From: a plasmid
Strand: one strand, 5' to 3'
Sequence record: CP080654.1
DNA: 64,000 bases
Of the stretch, positions 8,901-18,814 are shown piece by piece; positions within the stretch are counted from its first letter, which is position 1, and the number at the start of each line of letters is the position of its first letter. The notes under the pieces are model-generated. The model had not been told where the DNA came from. It worked only from the letters and a program-made list of their open reading frames with translations, and did not search any database. A program made the translations under genes and the position numbers.

Positions 8901-11167
8901 GTTTTCTGCCCCGGCCGCTGTACCGTCAGCTGCCCCTCCTCCACTTTCATCACCGTGATGCTTTCCCCGCCTTTCAGGCGTGTGTCCGGTATCTTCCCGA
9001 GCACCGCCAGACGTTCCCCCTCTGCCACCGGCAGTGTTTCTGCCCGGAACAGCGTCCACTGGCTGTCGACCGCGGAAACCTTCAGATCCAGACGGCCCCC
9101 TTCCCGGTCTTTCAGGGTCAGCATATTGCTGCTCGCGGTCACCCGGTCAATGACAAAGCGATCGTGCGTCCGGGTCTCCGGATCCCAGCGTTCCATCACC
9201 ATCCCCTCCCGGTAATAATCCCGCACGCCCCGGCTTTTGCTGTCCAGCCACACCGGCGTCAGGGCTGTAATAGTCGTGTCTTTCTCACCCAGCACCCCCT
9301 CCTGTCTGAGGGAGTCACGGATGAGGCCGTTGAGTACGCTCTGTTCACGGGTCCCGCTGATTTGGGCCACGCTTTTCTGCCCTTCACGCACGCTGACGGC
9401 AAACTCCTGTGCCAGCCGGCTGTAGCGTGCTCCTTTATCCGGTTCACTGATGATGTCGGCTGTGGTCTGATGGCCACCCTGCCAGCGATACGTATTCACG
9501 CCGCTGTCCTTCAGCACCGTCAGCGCGCTGCCGGTCCCGCTGCGCTTCCCGCTGTCGGAGAGCAGGACCTGCACGTTATGGCGCATCGCGCCATCGAGCA
9601 GGGAAATCGTTTCCTTCAGGCTCAGCTTCTCCGCCTGATCCACGATGAGTGTTCCGCCCGGAATAAACGCCGTCCCGTCCTGCAGGGCGGATTTACCGGT
9701 CACCGTTTCCCCGGCCAGACGCACATCACCGGCGAGAAAATCACGTGAGCGGTTATCGGCCGCCAGGATATGGACGTCACGCCCCTGCTCCCGGGCCATC
9801 AGGGTTAACTCGGCCACCCGCTCCCGCTGGCCGCTTGCACCGCCCTGACCGGAAACGATACCCATTACCGGGCGATCCTGCGCCAGCACGCTGACGGCAT
9901 CGCTGAAAGGGACCTGGCGCACCACAGACGCATCAGGCGTGACTGAGACATGATTATGGCGCTGCACCTCCTGACTCAGGGCTTTGACGGCGAGTTCATC
10001 GAGAACGTGGATGTTTGAGGTGAACAGGCCTTTCTCGCGATCGAGAGGGATAAGCTGCTCCCGTTCAATGGCGGCATCGATGCCCTTTCTCGCCAGCTCA
10101 AACATACCGTCCTTCGCCTCCAGCTGGCCGACCGTGCGTGCCAGCAGGTCGGCATACGTGAACTGCACCTTGCGGTCGCTGAGACCGGCAATCGCTTTCG
10201 TCACCACATCCGTGATATCCGGACCGTCAGTGTTCACCGGCGCGGCAGGTGCACGGGCCAGCTCTGCGGCTCGCGCATCGGCGGCCTCACGGTACCCCCG
10301 GATGTCAAACCCGGTCTCCTTCAGCGTGTTCATCCACTCCACCATCTTCTCTGCCGGATCGATGGCTTCTTTCGACTTGCGGGTATCGAGCGCGGCCACA
10401 TCCCGTGACTTCAGGGAGGCATCGGGCCCTGCGGCCTCCCTGACCTCCTGAGACCGGGTGGAGAACGGTTCCACAGGGACCCCTTTCATCTCCCACATCC
10501 CGTGTTTGCCCACAACTTCCGTCTCATAGCCAAGCTTCTCAACCAGGGGTTTGAACGCCTCCCGGTAAAGCTTCCCGAACGCTATCTGGTTCGCGTACAC
10601 GTTCTCGATAAAACCTGTTTTACCGATCTTATCTGTGCCGAGAGACTGCCATTTGTCCCCGTTCTGCGTGGCGTTAATGACGACGGCATGGGTGTGTATC
10701 TGAGGTTCCTGGTTACGGTTCGTGTCGTGGTTGAATTTCGCCACAATCAGATTTCCGGTCAGCACCGTTTCGCTTTTACCGTCCGTCATGACCCGGGTCG
10801 CGGCCAGCGTCTCCAGTTGCCGCACCGCTTCGGTTACCGCCTGGTTGTGGGCATCGATAAGGCGTTTATCGCCGCCCAGCATCGCCATGACCGACACGCT
10901 TTTGGGGGCCGAGAAGGTCAGGTCATAACCGGGCCGGTGCTTGTTGGCGCCGTCCTGTATTCGGGTCAGGTCGCTGCCATCCGGCAGCTTCCCTTTCAGC
11001 AGTTCCGTAAACAGCGCCTTATCCACGGCTTTCCCGTCGATCCCCAGCGCCTCAGCCCCCTTACCCTGCCAGCGTTCGTCCATGCTCCCTATGACGTAGT
11101 AATTATCCTTATCCGTATAGTAATTACCGGCACTGCCCGCCGATTTAACGGAGCCAATCGACATCAT
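5906..11167 (-). CDS. traI: TraI relaxase-helicase (MOBF12 type).
   Basis: 1753 aa. The N-terminus [42 protein letters not shown] closely matches the F TraI relaxase. The histidine triad is HTHAVV and the helicase Walker A is GYAGVGKT. Confidence 0.95.
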   Translation of the reverse strand: MMSIGSVKSAGSAGNYYTDKDNYYVIGSMDERWQGKGAEALGIDGKAVDKALFTELLKGKLPDGSDLTRIQDGANKHRPGYDLTFSAPKSVSVMAMLGGDKRLIDAHNQAVTEAVRQLETLAATRVMTDGKSETVLTGNLIVAKFNHDTNRNQEPQIHTHAVVINATQNGDKWQSLGTDKIGKTGFIENVYANQIAFGKLYREAFKPLVEKLGYETEVVGKHGMWEMKGVPVEPFSTRSQEVREAAGPDASLKSRDVAALDTRKSKEAIDPAEKMVEWMNTLKETGFDIRGYREAADARAAELARAPAAPVNTDGPDITDVVTKAIAGLSDRKVQFTYADLLARTVGQLEAKDGMFELARKGIDAAIEREQLIPLDREKGLFTSNIHVLDELAVKALSQEVQRHNHVSVTPDASVVRQVPFSDAVSVLAQDRPVMGIVSGQGGASGQRERVAELTLMAREQGRDVHILAADNRSRDFLAGDVRLAGETVTGKSALQDGTAFIPGGTLIVDQAEKLSLKETISLLDGAMRHNVQVLLSDSGKRSGTGSALTVLKDSGVNTYRWQGGHQTTADIISEPDKGARYSRLAQEFAVSVREGQKSVAQISGTREQSVLNGLIRDSLRQEGVLGEKDTTITALTPVWLDSKSRGVRDYYREGMVMERWDPETRTHDRFVIDRVTASSNMLTLKDREGGRLDLKVSAVDSQWTLFRAETLPVAEGERLAVLGKIPDTRLKGGESITVMKVEEGQLTVQRPGQKTTQTLAVGAGVFDGIKIGHGWVESPGRSVSETATVFASVTQRELDNATLNQLAQSGSHLRLYSAQDAARTTEKLSRHTSFSVVSEQLKTRSGETDLDAAIAQQKAGLRTPAEQAIHLAIPLLESEKLTFSRPQLLATALETGGGKVPMADIDTTIQTQIRSGQLLNAPVAHGYGNDLLISRQTWDAEKSILTHVLEGKGAVAPLMDRVPASLMTDLTAGQRAATRMILESTDRFTVVQGYAGVGKTTQFRAVMSAISLLPEETRPRVIGLAPTHRAVGEMQSAGVEARTTASFLHDTQLLQRNGQTPDFSNTLFLLDESSMVGLADMAKAHSLIVAGGGRAVSSGDNDQLQPIAPGQPFRLMQQRSAADVAIMKEIVRQVPELRPAVYSLIERDVHRALTTIEQVTPEQVPRKEGVWAPGSSVVEFTQAQEKAIQKALSEGETLPAGQPASLYEALVKDYTGRTPEAQSQTLVITHLNKDRRALNSLIHDARRENGETGKEEITLPVLVTSNIRDGELRKLSTWTAHKEAVALVDNVYHRISKVDKDNQLITLTDSEGKERFISPREASAEGVTLYRQEKITVSQGDRMRFSKSDPERGYVANSIWEVQSVSGDSVTLSDGKLTRTLTPKADQAQQHIDLAYAITAHGAQGASEPYAIALEGVAGGREQMASFESAYVALSRMKQHVQVYTDSREGWIKAIQHSPEKATAHDILEPRNDRAVKSADLLFGRARPLDETAAGRAALQQSGLAQGSSPGKFISPGKKYPQPHVALPAFDKNGKAAGIWLSPLTDRDGRLEAIGGEGRIMGNEDARFVALQNSRNGESLLAGNMGEGVRMARDNPDTGVVVRLAGDDRPWNPGAMTGGRVWAEPAPVAPVPQAGADIILPPEVLAQRAAEEQQRREMEKQAEQTAREVAGEARKAGEPADRVKEVIGDVIRGLERDRPGTEKTTLPDDPQFRRQEAAIQQVASESLQRERLQAVERDMVRDLNREKTLGGD

Positions 11168-13479
11168 CAGAAGTTCCCCCCAATCTCGACATCATCCTGT
11201 TCATCGTGGCGGTGGCTGTGGTTGATATTGACCTCTTCACGCCGCTGCATATCCCGCTGTGTCTGCTCATCTGCCAGCCAGGCGTCATACGCCTGCATGT
11301 CCTCGATGACGCCGTCCTCGTTCATGCCGGCCGGCAGCATGTCCTGTCCCTGTTCCGCTGACTGCTGCGCCAGTTCCTGTTCTGTCCCGCCTGCAGCTGC
11401 CGCAGGGGCACCGGCAGAGGATGCTGTTGAGGCAGCAGTGGCCGCTGCGGCTGCTTTTGGTTTGATCAACGGTACGGTCGTGCCCCGCAGGACGGGAGGC
11501 TCCGTTGCTCTGACGGAAGGCTCCGCTGCCGGACGCTTTGTTGTCGGCGGCGATTTTACCGGTGCAGGAGTTACCGTCATTACTGCTGGCGCAGGCGGGC
11601 TGACCGGCTCAGGTTGTTCACTGGCGTGACTGTCTGTATCAGCTGGCCCGGGTTCCGGCGTATCCGGCGTGAAAAGCGCCCGGGCAAGGCTGCCTTCAGC
11701 TTCCCGGGCCTCAAGCAGCGCACTGAGCCGTGCATCCACCCGCGCATCGAGAGTGCGAGGAATAAATCCCTCGGCAATTTTCGGACGCGGCTTGTATTTG
11801 AGGGCCAGTTTCACGGCCGGATACGGCCCGGGCAGCGTGACGTAACAGGACAGGTCAGGCAGCGTCTGAATATCGGAGTAACTGACCAGCGTTTCCCGCT
11901 CTTTTTCTTTCCCGGTCGATACACCATCACGCACCGGGTCAGCACCGTAGGAGTACTGCTCGCTGGCCTTGAGGATTTCCTTCTCACCAATTTCACCGGC
12001 AGCAAACTCCGCAATCTCTTTACTCGGGGAGCGGAAGAAGGCCCGGGTGTTCATCACGTCAAAGAGCGTGGCGGCAGGCTTAACGCCATAGATGTCTTCC
12101 AGCTGGGCATAAGACTGAATACCGAACACATAACAACCACCAAATTTACGCGCCTCCGGGAGGATTTCGACCAGGTCCGGCAGCTTGTGCAGCGTGGGAA
12201 GTTCGTCAGCGAAGATCCACACACGCCGGTTACGGTTCTCGCCCATCGCCAGGAGGCCGCGGATGGCAATCGACAGCCACATCGAGATAACCGGCTTCAG
12301 GGAGGCATGGGTGTCAGCATTGGAGGAGATAAACAGCCAGCCATTGGGTCGGTCCTCACGGACGCCGCGCATCCAGTCCCGGATAGTGAACGGCTCGCCG
12401 TTCTTCTCAATGCCCTGCAGGTAGCGAATAGCCTTGACGTAGTTGGTCAGCACAGCTCGAATGGAGATGGCGGTTTTCTCAATTTTCTCTTCAACCAGGT
12501 TCGCTGCCGGCGTGTTCTGCAGATAGGCGCGCAGCTTGTCGATCTTAATGGACAGCATGGTATCGACCAGCTTCTCGTAGCTCCGATCGTCGTCTTCGCG
12601 CATCAGATACGCGCCTTCGGCAAAGATAGTGCGACCGGAGCCCTGCCAGAACGGATCTTCTTTGGTACCCATCGGGATAAGGGTGTTGGAGATGTTGTCG
12701 AAGTCCGGCAGCGTCAGGCACTCTTTCCACAAATCCCAGGCTGCACAGCGCGAGTCCAGCGGGTTGAGGATTTTATCCAGTGACGGGTCGTAATAGCTTT
12801 TGACGAACTCACAGGAGCGATCGTAAATGATGGCCATATCGCCCCGGGCACGCACGTAGTTCAGTAGCCGGCGTATAACTTCGGATTTACCGGAACCCAC
12901 GGTACCGTGGAGGCAGAAGTTCTGAATTTCGGAGTTTTTAAGAATAGGCAGGTCGCCAATCTTAATATCGGAGGCCACTCCATCACGCTTCATCTGGCGG
13001 GCCACTTCTTTGGGCTTATCGGAAAGCTGGCGCCCGCCGGTGTTCTCATCCTCACTCTGCTGTTTCCCCTGGCGGCCCAGCACCCAGCTGGCGATGAAGA
13101 ACGTCACGATACAGATAACAAGAGAAACCACGGCAGCAAAGGCGAAACCAGTCCACAGCTGCTCTCCGCACCAGATAGTATATTTATCGGCCAGGATTTG
13201 TTCTGAGGTATATTCCAGCGACTGGCCGTAATACTGAATGGTGTATACCGGCTGGGAACGAATAATATCGCGCATCGGACCCAGCGTCGTACACCACCAG
13301 TATACGCAGCCGTTCACAAAGGTTTGCCAGCTGAGCCGGTACATCAGCATCAGTCCGCACAGCACCCAGAATAAAATAAACAGCACGTAGAAAATAATAT
13401 TGGCAATCTGACCAAACATGCGAAAGCGCATATTGGCGATCTGACCGCCCTGCGTCATATCTTTGGCATTGAAACTCAT
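11167..13479 (-). CDS. traD: TraD type IV coupling protein.
   Basis: 770 aa with N-terminal TM segments, Walker [12 protein letters not shown] and a low-complexity Q/A/P-rich C-terminal tail, as in F TraD. It overlaps the traI start (ATGA). Confidence 0.95.
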   Translation of the reverse strand: MSFNAKDMTQGGQIANMRFRMFGQIANIIFYVLFILFWVLCGLMLMYRLSWQTFVNGCVYWWCTTLGPMRDIIRSQPVYTIQYYGQSLEYTSEQILADKYTIWCGEQLWTGFAFAAVVSLVICIVTFFIASWVLGRQGKQQSEDENTGGRQLSDKPKEVARQMKRDGVASDIKIGDLPILKNSEIQNFCLHGTVGSGKSEVIRRLLNYVRARGDMAIIYDRSCEFVKSYYDPSLDKILNPLDSRCAAWDLWKECLTLPDFDNISNTLIPMGTKEDPFWQGSGRTIFAEGAYLMREDDDRSYEKLVDTMLSIKIDKLRAYLQNTPAANLVEEKIEKTAISIRAVLTNYVKAIRYLQGIEKNGEPFTIRDWMRGVREDRPNGWLFISSNADTHASLKPVISMWLSIAIRGLLAMGENRNRRVWIFADELPTLHKLPDLVEILPEARKFGGCYVFGIQSYAQLEDIYGVKPAATLFDVMNTRAFFRSPSKEIAEFAAGEIGEKEILKASEQYSYGADPVRDGVSTGKEKERETLVSYSDIQTLPDLSCYVTLPGPYPAVKLALKYKPRPKIAEGFIPRTLDARVDARLSALLEAREAEGSLARALFTPDTPEPGPADTDSHASEQPEPVSPPAPAVMTVTPAPVKSPPTTKRPAAEPSVRATEPPVLRGTTVPLIKPKAAAAATAASTASSAGAPAAAAGGTEQELAQQSAEQGQDMLPAGMNEDGVIEDMQAYDAWLADEQTQRDMQRREEVNINHSHRHDEQDDVEIGGNF

Positions 13480-13607
13480 GGCACTAATCCGTCAGTAAAG
13501 TATTAGGGTCGGAAGGACAAATTAATCAGCGGAAATACACCGGCACAGAAAACAGGATTACAGTCATGCCCGGATCCATAGATGACCAGGCCGGATACTT
13601 ATTGCTA

Positions 13608-14354
13608 TTAAGAGGTTATGCAGAAGGAATAGCCCTCTGAGCCAGGGCAGTGCCCGCCTTTAATATACGACTTCGCCACCTGCCGTCCGGCCTCATCGAC
13701 CAGGGCATGCAGTGTGGATGGCAATGTTTCAGCCGTGTACTGCAGGCAGACGCAGTAGCATTTCACCGGAGGTTTAATCATATCCGGACGTTCAAACCAG
13801 CCGGTCGACGGGAAAATCCGTGTGCCGAAGAGCCTGTCAGAAGGAAACTGAGTCTGCACGGACCAGGCAAACACGTCGTCAGCGCTGTCGCGGCGATTGA
13901 CGCCGGGGATATACAGATTTTCTGCTTCGCGGACAACACGGGAGGCAAGAGAGGACAAGGCGGAGTCATCCGTGCTGGCCGGGCCTTCCACACATATGGA
14001 AAGATGGAAGTATTCCGGTTTGCTCTGTGCTTCTGGCTTTGTATCGGGAATAACTGACACCGTGTCTCGCTTACGCCCCGTGGAAGACGTCATTAATTTT
14101 CTAAAAAATACACCTGCAATGAAAACAAGCAGAAGAATAACTAACGCGCTGCAGATATACATGAAGTGGTCACTGAAGAGAGAACAGACCTCGCAATGTG
14201 ACAGGGAATAACTTTCCCCCACTGCAGGATGTGGGTAAATATCGCCAGGCATCAGTTCATGTGTATCAAGAGACCTGACAGGCTCAGATATTGTCATAAA
14301 TAACCTCTGTTCAAATAAAGACGAAAAACTCCGCCGAAGGCGGCAACGCCTCAC
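13608..14354 (-). CDS. Hypothetical single-TM protein inserted between traT and traD. The probable start is MTISEP.
   Basis: 248-aa ORF with a central TM (MYICSALVILLLVFIAGVFF) and a Cys-rich C-terminus. F itself has no gene at this position. Confidence 0.4.
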   Translation of the reverse strand: MRRCRLRRSFSSLFEQRLFMTISEPVRSLDTHELMPGDIYPHPAVGESYSLSHCEVCSLFSDHFMYICSALVILLLVFIAGVFFRKLMTSSTGRKRDTVSVIPDTKPEAQSKPEYFHLSICVEGPASTDDSALSSLASRVVREAENLYIPGVNRRDSADDVFAWSVQTQFPSDRLFGTRIFPSTGWFERPDMIKPPVKCYCVCLQYTAETLPSTLHALVDEAGRQVAKSYIKGGHCPGSEGYSFCITS

Positions 14355-14488
14355 AGATGCACAAATAAATTGCGCAACTGTTCACCGTTTAGATGTGGAA
14401 TTAACTGATTATTTGACGAATGAATTCTGACACGCCAGAAAGGTGATGCCAGTCTGGCCCGGAGTACCCGGGCCGTGGAATAGAACGC

Positions 14489-15220
14489 TTACAGAATATT
14501 AGCGATCGATTTTGCCAGCTGGTCTTCAAGAACAGGCTGGGCTTCAGGGAACTTGAGGTTAACTTTATTAGCGTTAGAGACGACGCGAGTCTGGTATTTA
14601 TGCTGATTACCCGTTTCCGTACTTGTCTGCACTTTTGCGCCAGATGTTCCCTGACGTAATACGGCCACGTTATCAGTCTGAACCTGTGTTTTGGTTCTTT
14701 CCGCGATCTGAACATCGGTGATCATGGTGTAGTTCACATCTTCCACCATCGCGTCAGCCGCCATCCCCACCAGACCGGCTGCAAGCCCTACCCCCAGGGT
14801 CGCTCCCGCAGAACTGGAGTTGTAAGCGGTAATCCCCGCCCCAAGAGCGGCGCCAGTCACTGCCCCCTCATAACCCCGGCTTAACCAACCCTGAGATTCA
14901 CGAAGGTCCATTTTATCGGCCTTGAGCACATTAGCCTGGATCCAGTAGCCCGCCGTATCCGGGTTACTGACGACCTGATATCCCTTTGAAGTGACGGCGC
15001 TGGCAATTTTTGCCTGCAGGCCACTCATATCCTTATCGGAGGTATTTTTGATTTGCAGATAAACCGTCTTATTATTTGAAGGTTCCAGCCAGATTGTTTC
15101 GCTCATCTGGGTTTTCACTTCCAGATTTCTCTTTTTAATAGCGGTTCCCATTGCACTACATCCAGACAACGCCAGCGCAGAGCTGACAACCATAACAGTC
15201 ATCAATTTATTAAATTGCAT
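14489..15220 (-). CDS. traT: TraT surface-exclusion / serum-resistance outer-membrane lipoprotein.
   Basis: Lipobox [32 protein letters not shown]... then near-identity to F TraT through ...[14 protein letters not shown]. Confidence 0.95.
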   Translation of the reverse strand: MQFNKLMTVMVVSSALALSGCSAMGTAIKKRNLEVKTQMSETIWLEPSNNKTVYLQIKNTSDKDMSGLQAKIASAVTSKGYQVVSNPDTAGYWIQANVLKADKMDLRESQGWLSRGYEGAVTGAALGAGITAYNSSSAGATLGVGLAAGLVGMAADAMVEDVNYTMITDVQIAERTKTQVQTDNVAVLRQGTSGAKVQTSTETGNQHKYQTRVVSNANKVNLKFPEAQPVLEDQLAKSIANIL

Positions 15221-15403
15221 ACAAATTCCTTGTACCATAATCATTATGAGACATACACATTCCATTTCTGCATCCAGAATGCGCAGATACTATATCCAAC
15301 TTTTAATTTGAGTGGAAACTTATCAAAGTTAATAGACTAATGATTTCACGCATGAACTTTTAGCCTATTAACAAACTACCAGAATTAATAGGCTATGCGG
15401 TGC

Positions 15404-15952
15404 TTATTTTTCACTCTTACTTGTCTTGAAGGTCTCGAGAAGCGATGTTAAGGCTGTAAGTTGATAACGGCTCAAATCAACATTAACAATTTGCATCAAA
15501 CAAAATGAGAAACAAATAAATAATACCGTCGAGTATATAGCCCCATAAACCGGATAGGTACAAGAGATAATTAAAAAAACATACGTCAATAAGTATACAC
15601 GACAGTAAAATTTAGCCTTACCTACTATAAACTGACATAATGCTGATTGTTTACGATATGTGTCAGGAATGGAGAGGTACAATGCTCTGAAATTTACTAT
15701 ATACAACATCATAAACAACCCAGCAACAAAAGCCACCAATACAGAAGCTGCTATCCCCATCTGAGCTGCATTTGGTAATTCTACAAAAAATAACTTATAA
15801 CTAAACATGGCGATAGGCCATAATAGTAGCCAAAACATTGCAGCAAGGCCTGGCCAGAAGCAATTCCACATTGAAGGAATATCAGCTTCCCCATCTTTGA
15901 ATAGACGTGACAGTTGCTCGACCTCAGTAAGTATCTGTTTGTTAGTAATCAT
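15404..15952 (-). CDS. traS: TraS entry-exclusion inner-membrane protein.
   Basis: 182 aa, hydrophobic and AT-rich. It occupies the traG-traS-traT position. Confidence 0.7.
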   Translation of the reverse strand: MITNKQILTEVEQLSRLFKDGEADIPSMWNCFWPGLAAMFWLLLWPIAMFSYKLFFVELPNAAQMGIAASVLVAFVAGLFMMLYIVNFRALYLSIPDTYRKQSALCQFIVGKAKFYCRVYLLTYVFLIISCTYPVYGAIYSTVLFICFSFCLMQIVNVDLSRYQLTALTSLLETFKTSKSEK

Positions 15953-15964
15953 GTTTATACCCTT

Positions 15965-18814
15965 TTATGGTAATTTACCATCCATTTTCCTTGCAGATTC
16001 TTCAGCCTTCTTCCTGAACTCCTCAGTCGTGTTGCTTAGTGGATTGTTCACTTGACCATTCAATTCCTTATTATATCGCTCATTAAAGTCATTTCCTTCT
16101 TTTTTATGTAACATCTCAAAATCTGCATTCTGTTGTTTAATCCCTTCACCTTGCTCTTTGATATTGATTTTACCAGCATTATTTATCCTGGTGTTATCTT
16201 CCACCATAGAATCCACTTGATTTCTTACGTTCTCTTTAATACCAGAATTTCGTGACATTGACTCAATATCACCACTGTGCTTGCCAAAATCGCTAACAAC
16301 AGTTTGGTCACCTGGCGTCCCGGAAACACTTGCCATACCATTACCTATATCATTTCTTCCTTGTTCAAAGGAACTGTCGATTCGTGGTTCTACTTGAGCT
16401 TTCACAAACTCTCGTGCCAGCATCTCACGCTGCGCTGCAATTTCAGGAGAGCTTGTATTGGTCAGAATGGCCTCAGCATCCTGTGGAGCACGATGCTGAA
16501 CAAAGTTCGCAAATTGCTGAGTGAGATTCTCGCTCATCTGGCCAGTCAAACTCTCAGTTCTTGAAGCCATTTCACTATATTCATGGCTGCGTGTTCTACT
16601 GGTTGTGTACTGGTCGTAACTATTTTTAGCACTAGAAAGTGAAGCAGCAAACTGATCGACACGAGAGCTTGCATTGTTATCAGTTATATTACCTGAAGTA
16701 TTAGTTTTATGGCTAACAAGATAATCACTTGCCTCTCTAAAATCTTTAGCGGCCTGACTACTTATATCATGTCTGCTATCGCTGGAATGTCGACCAGACT
16801 GGCCAACAGTATCAGTTGATCCTGTGCTGCCGCTCCCACTTATTGATCCTTTTATGCCACCTTCTACACTGGCGCCTGTAGCCAATTTCCCAATTTTACC
16901 AGCAAGCTGATCTCCTGAACTCCATCTTGCACCCACATGGGCTTCACCTGTAACTGTACCTCTAGTGGATTCATCCATGAGATTCTGAAAGGACTGCTCA
17001 TTAGATATATTATTTGCTTTTGCATTAGCAACCACCGCATTCCACATCTTACTTTTAGCCATTGTGTCTTGCGACGACTCTGTATTATCTGCTCCAGTCG
17101 TCATTGAGGAACTGGTTCCTCTGTTGGTACCAAACTGCTTTAAAACATTCCAGGCACTTGTCACGCTGCTGTTATAGCCATGCAGCGCGCTTTCGGCCTG
17201 GACATCAGCCTCACGGGCCATCTGTTGCTGCGCACTGGCTATCTGACGACCGACGTTGATATCCACCGGCAGTTTTGACATTGCACCACCACTGTCCCAG
17301 ACCATCGAGCCATCCCGCGTCTGCGTGCTCATGCCTCCATTCGCCAGCTGCCGCGACATCTGTCCGAAACTGGTTGTGCTGTTGGTACCCCAGCTGTAGC
17401 CGCTGACGTTCTCCATCTGCATGTTGGCAAACGAGTAATTGCCATCCACCACGCCGGAAGCCGCCTGCGATGTTGCACCAAGCCCGGAAGAAGAAAAATG
17501 GCTGTAGGCACTGGAGAAGGCGGCTCCCATGCTCTTCACGATCCCCCACGACAAAGGCGGTATCATCACGGCAATATAACCCGCGGTGGTCGCAATATCC
17601 GAGTTTTTGAGCTGAACCTGCGACAACTCAGAGAGAACAACCGGGACGCCATTTTGCTTCGCATAGTAGGCCATTGCGCTGTTCAGGATGGCGAACAGTA
17701 ATGGCCACGTCTGCAGCCAGATAAGCGCAAACACATACCCCTTTAACACCTGCAGCGTCATCATATTAAACATGGCGGCCATCACCATGATCGGGAACAT
17801 CCCAATCATTATCCCCATGATAACGGTCTGCATCAGCGGAAGTGTGCGAAGCGCCTGGTGCCCCATTGTGGCCTGTGCCAGCCGCTGCTTTTCAAGGGAT
17901 GAGGTGTTAGCGATATTGACCAGACTGGCGGTATCGCCGCTGCGGGCTGCATAACTCTGGATCCCGCTGCGCAGGGCGTTCATCGTGACGTTCTGGCGGA
18001 TAATCTGCCCGGCGCTCTGTCCCGAGCTGTAGAAGTAATTGTAGCTGTCGCCAATCATCTGGCTGAACAGCAGATCGGGATTAGGTTTGCCGCCAAACAG
18101 CTGACGAACATAGTAGTTCCAGGTTTTACCGCCTGTCTGAGTATCCAGCGCAAGAGCCGATTTCAGATCCCGTGAGGCCTCCTCGCATGTCTGGAACTGG
18201 TTGTTTTTATCAAACACGCCACGCAGTGGACTCGGGTTAGCAAAAATCAGGGTATACGGATCAGGAGAATTCAGTAATTCTTCAAAAGAGTACTTATGAT
18301 TGAGGAAAATATCGCCCATCACACAGTTTTGTACGTAATCGGAAAACAGCGTCGTAATCTGAGGATTTTGTGACAAAAAATCCGTACTTTTCGCGACCAG
18401 ATTACTGCCAAATAACATCCCCGTTTTACTGTACGTGACGCTGTCCGGCAGCGCGAAGACCATCTCATAACTCTGGATAAGCGCGTTTCCCACCCTCGTT
18501 GTCAGCGACGCAGGAATGGCAAGACCAATAGGAACATTATCGACTTCATAGACCTGCGCAACGTTACTGTAATCGATGATCTGCACAGGGGTACGAATGA
18601 CAACCAGCATAGAGACCAGGGTGAGGGAAAAGACCCAGCCAATAAGGTCCATTACGTTGTGTTTTTTTACCCAGTTCCCCGCCACAATGAGTACCGAGAT
18701 GGCGATACACATCTTTTCTATAGTCGACCATGTGCTGGTCCCCATAAACGCCGCAATCGCGTTCAGGTTGCCCCGTAACCAGTCGCCGCCAGCAATGGCA
18801 TATATCTCAAGCAT
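15965..18814 (-). CDS. traG: TraG (F-type) mating-pair stabilisation / entry-exclusion partner.
   Basis: 949 aa. MLEIYAIAGGDWLRGNLNAIAAFMGTSTWSTIEKM parallels the F TraG N-terminus. Confidence 0.9.
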   Translation of the reverse strand: MLEIYAIAGGDWLRGNLNAIAAFMGTSTWSTIEKMCIAISVLIVAGNWVKKHNVMDLIGWVFSLTLVSMLVVIRTPVQIIDYSNVAQVYEVDNVPIGLAIPASLTTRVGNALIQSYEMVFALPDSVTYSKTGMLFGSNLVAKSTDFLSQNPQITTLFSDYVQNCVMGDIFLNHKYSFEELLNSPDPYTLIFANPSPLRGVFDKNNQFQTCEEASRDLKSALALDTQTGGKTWNYYVRQLFGGKPNPDLLFSQMIGDSYNYFYSSGQSAGQIIRQNVTMNALRSGIQSYAARSGDTASLVNIANTSSLEKQRLAQATMGHQALRTLPLMQTVIMGIMIGMFPIMVMAAMFNMMTLQVLKGYVFALIWLQTWPLLFAILNSAMAYYAKQNGVPVVLSELSQVQLKNSDIATTAGYIAVMIPPLSWGIVKSMGAAFSSAYSHFSSSGLGATSQAASGVVDGNYSFANMQMENVSGYSWGTNSTTSFGQMSRQLANGGMSTQTRDGSMVWDSGGAMSKLPVDINVGRQIASAQQQMAREADVQAESALHGYNSSVTSAWNVLKQFGTNRGTSSSMTTGADNTESSQDTMAKSKMWNAVVANAKANNISNEQSFQNLMDESTRGTVTGEAHVGARWSSGDQLAGKIGKLATGASVEGGIKGSISGSGSTGSTDTVGQSGRHSSDSRHDISSQAAKDFREASDYLVSHKTNTSGNITDNNASSRVDQFAASLSSAKNSYDQYTTSRTRSHEYSEMASRTESLTGQMSENLTQQFANFVQHRAPQDAEAILTNTSSPEIAAQREMLAREFVKAQVEPRIDSSFEQGRNDIGNGMASVSGTPGDQTVVSDFGKHSGDIESMSRNSGIKENVRNQVDSMVEDNTRINNAGKINIKEQGEGIKQQNADFEMLHKKEGNDFNERYNKELNGQVNNPLSNTTEEFRKKAEESARKMDGKLP

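Noticed and set aside
7286-11629. Long plus-strand ORFs (455, 358 and 375 aa) antisense to traI.
   Set aside because: They are shadow ORFs in a high-GC gene with Arg/Pro/Gly-rich low-complexity translations. traI on the minus strand is unambiguously the real gene.
11614-12783. 389-aa plus-strand ORF antisense to traD. Similar cases are 29147..30232 antisense to traC and 21262..22215 antisense to traF and traQ.
   Set aside because: They are antisense shadow ORFs with low-complexity translations. Conserved tra genes occupy the opposite strand.
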